From contig CAVTBR010000003.1 of NCBI GenBank assembly GCA_963733055.1, positions 352,001 through 416,000 of the forward strand: 64,000 nucleotides of DNA, in the 5' to 3' direction. The stretch is from Candidatus Bathyarchaeota archaeon (lineage in GTDB: Archaea > Thermoproteota > Bathyarchaeia > 40CM-2-53-6). The notes below the pieces were generated by a model. It made no database searches. It was given only the letters and a program-made list of their open reading frames with translations, and was not told where the DNA came from. Positions 58,482 to 64,000 of the stretch are shown here, in pieces (the stretch's first letter is position 1; every line of letters begins with the position of its first letter). The position numbers and the translations under genes were made by a program.

Positions 58482-59291
58482 TTATTTTGGGTGAAACTTG
58501 GAAACATCGAATGAGGGTTTGGGGAATCGCAGGTTCATGTCTTCAAGTGTTTTGACAATTACGTGCGAGACGGCAAGGTTTCGGAACCACTTGTGGTTTG
58601 CCGGAATGATATACCATGGCGCCCATTCGGTACTGCAGAAGTGCAACATGTCTTCGTATGCATTCATGTAACGTTTCCAATATTTGCGTTCCTGAAAATC
58701 CGTTGGAGACAATTCCCAACGCTTTGTTGGGTCTTCCAACCTCTGCTTGAGTCGTTTCAACTGCTCTCCACGGCTTATGTGAAGAAAGAATTTCAGGATC
58801 TTCACATTGTTCTCCACTAAGGTCTTTTCGAAACAATTTATCTCCTCATAACGACCCGACCAAACTGTCTTCGGCACCAGGTTATGAACACGAACGATCA
58901 ACACGTCCTCGTAATGTGAGCGATTGAATATCCCTATCTCGCCGCGCTCCGGGACGGCTTTGTGAATTCTCCAAAGAAAATCATGAGCAGCCTCCTCAGG
59001 CGTAGGTTTCTTGAAGGAGGTTACTTTGCATCCTTGCGGGTTGACTCCAGACATGACATGCCGTATCGTCCCATCCTTTCCGCCACTGTCCACAGCCTGA
59101 AGAACAATCAGCAACCCGAATTTCTTTGCTGCGTACAGGAGGTACTGCAACTTGTTAAGGCGTTGCAGGTGCTTCTTCAGCTCGGCTTGTGTCTGATCAT
59201 CGTTCTTGTAACCTAGAGTATCGTCGGGGTCGTGATCGCTTATCCTAAATTTCTTCCCCGGCCGAACGCGAAACTTACGTTCAAGGCCCAT
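58482..59291 (-). CDS. ppk2: Polyphosphate kinase 2 family protein (single domain)
   Basis: LQAVDSGGKDGTI, HDFLWR, FNRSHYEDVL, KFFLHIS, APWYIIPANHKWFR. Confidence 0.93.
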   Translation of the reverse strand: MGLERKFRVRPGKKFRISDHDPDDTLGYKNDDQTQAELKKHLQRLNKLQYLLYAAKKFGLLIVLQAVDSGGKDGTIRHVMSGVNPQGCKVTSFKKPTPEEAAHDFLWRIHKAVPERGEIGIFNRSHYEDVLIVRVHNLVPKTVWSGRYEEINCFEKTLVENNVKILKFFLHISRGEQLKRLKQRLEDPTKRWELSPTDFQERKYWKRYMNAYEDMLHFCSTEWAPWYIIPANHKWFRNLAVSHVIVKTLEDMNLRFPKPSFDVSKFHPK

Positions 59292-59353
59292 AGTTCAATT
59301 CCCGCAGCTTCTGTGCAGATCTTATCTCTTGTTGATCCGCTGAGATCGCAGAT

Positions 59354-59542
59354 TCAAGTAGTCAGCTTTCGCCCACACGCGCCGCAATATTCTGCGTAAT
59401 GTGGATTTATGGTGCTACAGTAGGGGCACGTCGATGTGGAAAGCGACTTGCCACAACCCCAACAATGCTTGTTGGCGGTCGGGTTGCCCATCCCGCATTT
59501 GTTACAGAATACCGTGTCTGGACGTTGAGGGAGAGGAGGCAT
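59354..59542 (-). CDS. Double zinc-ribbon micro-protein
   Basis: Four CxxC pairs in 62 aa. Confidence 0.8.
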   Translation of the reverse strand: MPPLPQRPDTVFCNKCGMGNPTANKHCWGCGKSLSTSTCPYCSTINPHYAEYCGACGRKLTT

Positions 59543-59579
59543 AACGATCCAGTGTCCTATGGCATGATCTATCGATGGG

Positions 59580-59924
59580 TTACTCTGGGTAGAGCCAGAA
59601 CTCGTTTCCGTCTAGATCCTTGAACATCGCGTAACTACCATACTCGGTCTTCTTCGGTTTAACGGTAAACTCTACACCTTTGGCGTTCATTTCATTATAC
59701 GTCTTGTCAAGGTCGTCTACATTGAAGGCGATGCCCGTATTTCCTTGCTCCAGTGGTTTCGTCTCACAAAGATGTAGCACAACGTTGGATCCCTTTGGTG
59801 CGAGAGTGATCCAGTGCCCCTCGTTGTCGCGGACTTCTAAGCCGAGCTTTTCCTTGTACCATTCCGCCGACTTCTTCGCGTCCGAAACTACGACAGCCAT
59901 ATTCATAATAGACTTAATCATCAA
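59580..59924 (-). CDS. VOC/glyoxalase family protein
   Basis: WYKEKLGL, IAFNVDDL, FKDLDGNEFWL. Confidence 0.92.
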   Translation of the reverse strand: MMIKSIMNMAVVVSDAKKSAEWYKEKLGLEVRDNEGHWITLAPKGSNVVLHLCETKPLEQGNTGIAFNVDDLDKTYNEMNAKGVEFTVKPKKTEYGSYAMFKDLDGNEFWLYPE

Positions 59925-59996
59925 ACCAGCCTGCGTTAACTAGCGCCCGATTGATTACTTAAATGATTACATAGCACCTACTGGTTTTGGTCGATT

Positions 59997-61019
59997 ATGC
60001 CTCTCTTTCGAACTGGGAAAATCCCAACTGAAATCCTAGTTCGAAGCGTATTTCGCTACAAAGGCGCTCAAGATCGATCCGTGATTCTTGGGTCATCGAT
60101 AGGCGAAGATGCGGCGCTTGTATCCCTTGGAAAAAACGTCTTGGTGTTAACAACCGATCCGGTTACTGGTACAGCCTCCGACATTGGATGGCTCGCGGTT
60201 CACGTGAACGCCAACGATGTAGCGTGTAGGGGGGCGAGACCGAAATGGTTCCTATGCGACCTATTGCTTCCAGAAAAATCCAACGCAGCATTAGTTGAGA
60301 AGATCATGAAACAAGTCGACAAGGCGGCGAAAGGGATCGGCGTCGCTGTTGTAGGTGGCCACACGGAAGTTACACCAGGCTTGAAGCGACCAATCGTGAG
60401 TGGGTATATGGTTGGGGTCGTCTCCAGAGAGAAATATGTAACGTCACATTCAGTGTGTCCGCAAGACCAGATCATAATGACAAAAACCGTAGGAATCGAA
60501 GGTACCTCGGTTTTAGCAACCGATTTCGCGCATAGGCTTCGGCAGAAGATCGGGCCCCGATCTCTGAAGCGGGCTAAAGGATTCAGGAACATGATCAGCG
60601 TTGTCGACGACGCATTGATCGCAGCGCGGGCTGGCGGAGTTAGAGCAATGCACGACCCCACCGAGGGAGGTCTATTGCAGGGGGTCTGGGAACTCGCGGA
60701 AGCGTCCCACGTTGGTTTTGTGATTCATGAATCACAAATCGCGATTCGACCGGAAACCAACGAGATATGCTCAGCTCTTGGGGTGGATCCACTGCGCCTG
60801 ATGAGTTCAGGTTGCCTCATAATAGTGGCTGAAAGAGGGAAGAGCAATGGCATACTACGCGCCCTGAAGAAGCACCATATTCCGGCGAGAATCATTGGGA
60901 CCGTGACTCCGAAGAGCCGAGGCAGAAAGCTGGTAGGAGTTCAGGGGTCGATTAGGAAGGTTGCGCCGTCTGAACGTGATGAGCTTTACCGAATTATCGA
61001 ATCCTATCGAACTGCGTGA
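59997..61019 (+). CDS. AIR synthase-related (HypE/ThiL-like) protein
   Basis: GEDAA, TTDP, NANDVA, GGHTEVT, AMHDPTEGG, SSGCL. Confidence 0.9.
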   Translation: MPLFRTGKIPTEILVRSVFRYKGAQDRSVILGSSIGEDAALVSLGKNVLVLTTDPVTGTASDIGWLAVHVNANDVACRGARPKWFLCDLLLPEKSNAALVEKIMKQVDKAAKGIGVAVVGGHTEVTPGLKRPIVSGYMVGVVSREKYVTSHSVCPQDQIIMTKTVGIEGTSVLATDFAHRLRQKIGPRSLKRAKGFRNMISVVDDALIAARAGGVRAMHDPTEGGLLQGVWELAEASHVGFVIHESQIAIRPETNEICSALGVDPLRLMSSGCLIIVAERGKSNGILRALKKHHIPARIIGTVTPKSRGRKLVGVQGSIRKVAPSERDELYRIIESYRTA

Positions 61020-61185
61020 GGTTCGCGGTTTAGAGCTTTAACCCTCATTTGCGCGGTGTACAATCAGGTCCGACTTTCTTAGGTAACCGAAACAGAGTTC
61101 AAGTCATTTTCAGTACACCATACGATCACGTTATCAACGGTTGCGTCCATTTTGTTGTAATACAGGACACGTTCGCTTAGTGAAT

Positions 61186-61683
61186 ATGCAGCTAAGACTA
61201 GCGATCTGCCTCCTGATTGCAGTCTCATTAACGACGTTACCATCAAGCATCTATACACAAACCTCCAAGCCAGCAACATCAATCATCTCACTCAATTATT
61301 ACTCAAAGGCCGCTGTGGGGTCTATGACAACGATAAGTTTCGATGCACTCTACTCCACGAAGCAAAAGGCGTGGCTGATGACCGCCATAGGTTGCAACCC
61401 AAATGAGCCGAATTGCAGCTCGGTCTCAATGAATGGCGCGGATTCTTCACCATTTCAATGTAATCAAACTAATCCGTTCAGTGAACAGCCTCCTTTCATC
61501 TCAGGGACGTGCTACCTTACTGTTTCGGGAAGCGGGGCTGATTTCTTTAGCTACAATCTTTCATTCAATAAAACCGGTACGTACGACCTAACGGCAACGG
61601 CGCAGCTCAATTATCCTGGAAATTCAACTAGTATTCCTAGCTCTCAGAGTGTCAGCCATACAATGACAATTACAGTGACCTGA
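61186..61683 (+). CDS. Secreted Ig-like hypothetical protein
   Basis: Signal peptide, Cys pairs, TGTYDLTATA. Confidence 0.72.
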   Translation: MQLRLAICLLIAVSLTTLPSSIYTQTSKPATSIISLNYYSKAAVGSMTTISFDALYSTKQKAWLMTAIGCNPNEPNCSSVSMNGADSSPFQCNQTNPFSEQPPFISGTCYLTVSGSGADFFSYNLSFNKTGTYDLTATAQLNYPGNSTSIPSSQSVSHTMTITVT

Positions 61684-61840
61684 CTTTAAAATCACTTACG
61701 CGCAGTCATATTACCAATTACCCTCTCGGTAGCGATTTAGTCTCTTTAGTCCCCGTATTTCCATGAAGGATGTTCTGGAACGCCAGTGGTCAGTCGTGAC
61801 AGCAGTCTTTTATAACCTAAATCAGGAGTGAAAGTTCTCC

Positions 61841-62266
61841 ATGACACTTGTCGGACCTGATTTTGCAAGTCAAGCTGGATCAAGTCCGCCAGCAACCGTT
61901 CACGATACTCTGGACACATTAGACCCTTCGATTACACGAGCGGCACAAGCTCCTAGGAGTACAAATGAGGACCTTAGATTCGCTCTCGAAAGAGCCGTTC
62001 ACGACCTACTTGGACCTAGCGCTCTGCCGAATCTGTACGAACATCTTAGGGATCGTTACGACATGATTCCTGAAAAAGTCCCTTATCGACTCGTTACCCT
62101 GTTTGACGTTTTTGCGAACAAGTTCGGTACGGCTGCAGCTCGAACCATCGCGAAGGCAGTAGCCAGGCAGCTATACAGCTCACTTGATTTGTTCTTCAGT
62201 GATGCTGATCGATATGAACTTCAGAACTATTTGGAACAAGCCAAGAATGCAGTAGTCCGCAAATAG
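61841..62266 (+). CDS. Small helical DUF3227/NitrOD5-like protein
   Basis: AVHDLLG...LYEHL...FG...IAKAVARQLY..L; paralog of 38828-39283. Confidence 0.7.
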   Translation: MTLVGPDFASQAGSSPPATVHDTLDTLDPSITRAAQAPRSTNEDLRFALERAVHDLLGPSALPNLYEHLRDRYDMIPEKVPYRLVTLFDVFANKFGTAAARTIAKAVARQLYSSLDLFFSDADRYELQNYLEQAKNAVVRK

Positions 62267-62472
62267 AATACACCCTGAGACGACCGCTTACGCCATGTTT
62301 TCGGCATCTAACCTAGTTTCGGTTTGCTCGAAAACGTCATTTGAAGTCGAAGTTACTCAGGTCGTGTGCCTAAGACTAAGAAGTTTAAGGTAGCCCGTCA
62401 ATCAGTTTCACCCTGCTCTCCTATTTTTATCGCTTTAGACAACAAACACCATAAAATGGGAGCATCATAATC

Positions 62473-63723
62473 ATGCCGACGGTAGGGGCTGTCGTTCAAT
62501 TGTCTTCCGACATCGTTAAAGAGACTTTAGAGAGGCCAACAGTTTTCAAGGACGAAACACCCCTTTCGTTGGAGTTCATACCCCGCAACCTTCCTCACCG
62601 CGACGATCAGATGCGGTTCCTAACACAACTCTTCCGTTTTTCCCTCGACAGCCCATTCTCCACAAGCCAACGAGTTCTGATCACGGGCGATGTGGGAACT
62701 GGGAAGACGGTTTTAGCCCAACGCTTCGGCACAGACCTAGTTAAGGCTGCGAGGGCGAGAAAGGTCAATCTCCATTATGTTCACGTCAACTGCCGCGAAG
62801 CGAAAGGCAGCCTCTTCATGATCATCAAACGAGTTCTAACGCAGTTCGAGCCAGAGTTTCCGAAACGCGGCTTCGCACCCGAAGAACTTCTTCACACCCT
62901 AATGGACATGCTTGACGACAAAAACATACACCTCATACTTGCTCTAGACGAGGTTGAACACCTGATCAGGGTGGAAGAGTCAACTCCCATCTACAACCTA
63001 ACTCGTATCCAAGAGGAACGAGTTGGAAAGCCCCCTCGCCTTTCACTCATTTTCATTCTCCGCGAACTCGAATACCTACAAAAACTGGACAGAAGCACTA
63101 TCGATACCTTGCAAAGAAACATCGTCAAACTCGACAAATACAATTCCCGCCAACTAATCGATATACTCCAAGCCCGCATCAGTTTAGCTTTCAAAGAGAA
63201 CACGGTAGCCGACGAAGCCCTCGAACTTGTCGCCGATGTAGGAGGGCAGAGTGGCGACGCTCGATATGCCATAGAACTTCTCTGGCGGGCAGGAAAGTAT
63301 GCGGATTCAGAACCTTCGAAGCGAGTTCTCACCGAACATGTTCGCAAGGCTGCCGGAAGCGTTTACCCCATGCTACGCGGCGAATACATTGCCGCACTAT
63401 CCTCACACGAAAAATTCATGCTACTAGCCTTAGCAAGGACACTTGAGGAGTCGGAAGAAGCCTACGCCAACATCGGAACCGTTGAACGCGAATACAAAGC
63501 CGTCTGCGAGGAATACAGCGACAAACCCAGAAAACACACCCAAATCTGGAAATACGCACGCGGTTTAAGCGCCATAGGCGTCATAGCCGCTTCAAAATCA
63601 GGCGAAGGCGTCCGCGGCAAAACAACCCTACTCGGTCTACAGAACATACCCGCCTCCAAAATGCGTGAACAATTAGAGGCCGCACTGGCGGCCACGAGCA
63701 AAAAGCGGCCCCAACGAAAGTAA
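62473..63723 (+). CDS. cdc6: Orc1/Cdc6 replication initiation protein
   Basis: FIPRNLPHR, GDVGTGKT, HVNC, LALDE, GDARYAI, C-terminal wHTH GVRGKTT. Confidence 0.96.
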   Translation: MPTVGAVVQLSSDIVKETLERPTVFKDETPLSLEFIPRNLPHRDDQMRFLTQLFRFSLDSPFSTSQRVLITGDVGTGKTVLAQRFGTDLVKAARARKVNLHYVHVNCREAKGSLFMIIKRVLTQFEPEFPKRGFAPEELLHTLMDMLDDKNIHLILALDEVEHLIRVEESTPIYNLTRIQEERVGKPPRLSLIFILRELEYLQKLDRSTIDTLQRNIVKLDKYNSRQLIDILQARISLAFKENTVADEALELVADVGGQSGDARYAIELLWRAGKYADSEPSKRVLTEHVRKAAGSVYPMLRGEYIAALSSHEKFMLLALARTLEESEEAYANIGTVEREYKAVCEEYSDKPRKHTQIWKYARGLSAIGVIAASKSGEGVRGKTTLLGLQNIPASKMREQLEAALAATSKKRPQRK

Positions 63724-63810
63724 CCACCAACTAATCTACTTACGCGGCCGATCAGTTGCGGCGCAACAGATAACTTCCCTCAGGGCCTATTTCCTGTGAG
63801 GAATGCTGTG

Positions 63811-64000
63811 ATGGAACGGTTCTCGATGGTAGACATCTCGCAGAAGGAGATCATTTCGAGGGAAGCGACAGCCGTTGGCGAAATCAGGTTGAAACCGAGT
63901 ACGATTAAGCGGATTAGGTCGCGGGGAATAGCGAAGGGCGATGCGGTGGCGGCGGCGGAAATCGCGGCGATTATGGCCGCTAAGGATACTCCTCACATGC
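63811..64000 (+). CDS. moaC: Cyclic pyranopterin monophosphate synthase MoaC (partial)
   Basis: Manual translation MERFSMVDISQKEIISREATAVG...KGDAVAAAEIAAIMAAKDTP. Confidence 0.92.
   Translation, partial: MERFSMVDISQKEIISREATAVGEIRLKPSTIKRIRSRGIAKGDAVAAAEIAAIMAAKDTPHM

Noticed and set aside
62267-62472. Replication origin upstream of cdc6
   Set aside because: No repeated ORB (TTCCAxTGGAAA plus G-string) or clear AT-rich unwinding element visible; region is only about 200 bp

Overview
Chromosomal window of a TACK-group archaeon, most likely Bathyarchaeia-like. This is an inference from class I LysRS, r-protein S30e, a Cren7-like protein, GAT-QueC, Orc1/Cdc6 and two tRNAs with non-canonically placed BHB introns. 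Housekeeping genes (topA, lysS, rps30e, polX, nnrD, queC, mgtA, ppk2, cdc6, moaC) alternate with accessory blocks: (i) a stand-alone nurA-herA operon with three paralogous unknown winged-helix proteins, a fourth wHTH and several DNA repeat clusters; (ii) PEF/PGF-CTERM-type surface proteins, one with an (TTATG)18 tract; (iii) an Opp/Dpp ABC plus amidase/cyclase catabolic cluster; (iv) an island of micro-proteins (Tyr/Pro-rich peptide, C2H2 finger, zinc ribbons); (v) a three-KaiC signalling locus with a multi-TM protein and a membrane-anchored GT4; (vi) an unexplained intergenic array of TG-N5-CA palindromes at 46.6-47.0 kb. Six genes-internal single-base frameshifts were found, five at or adjacent to CGCG, which suggests methylation-linked sequencing errors rather than true pseudogenes. 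No CRISPR array, rRNA, integrase or transposase was recognised. All family calls come from motif recognition by eye, not database searches.
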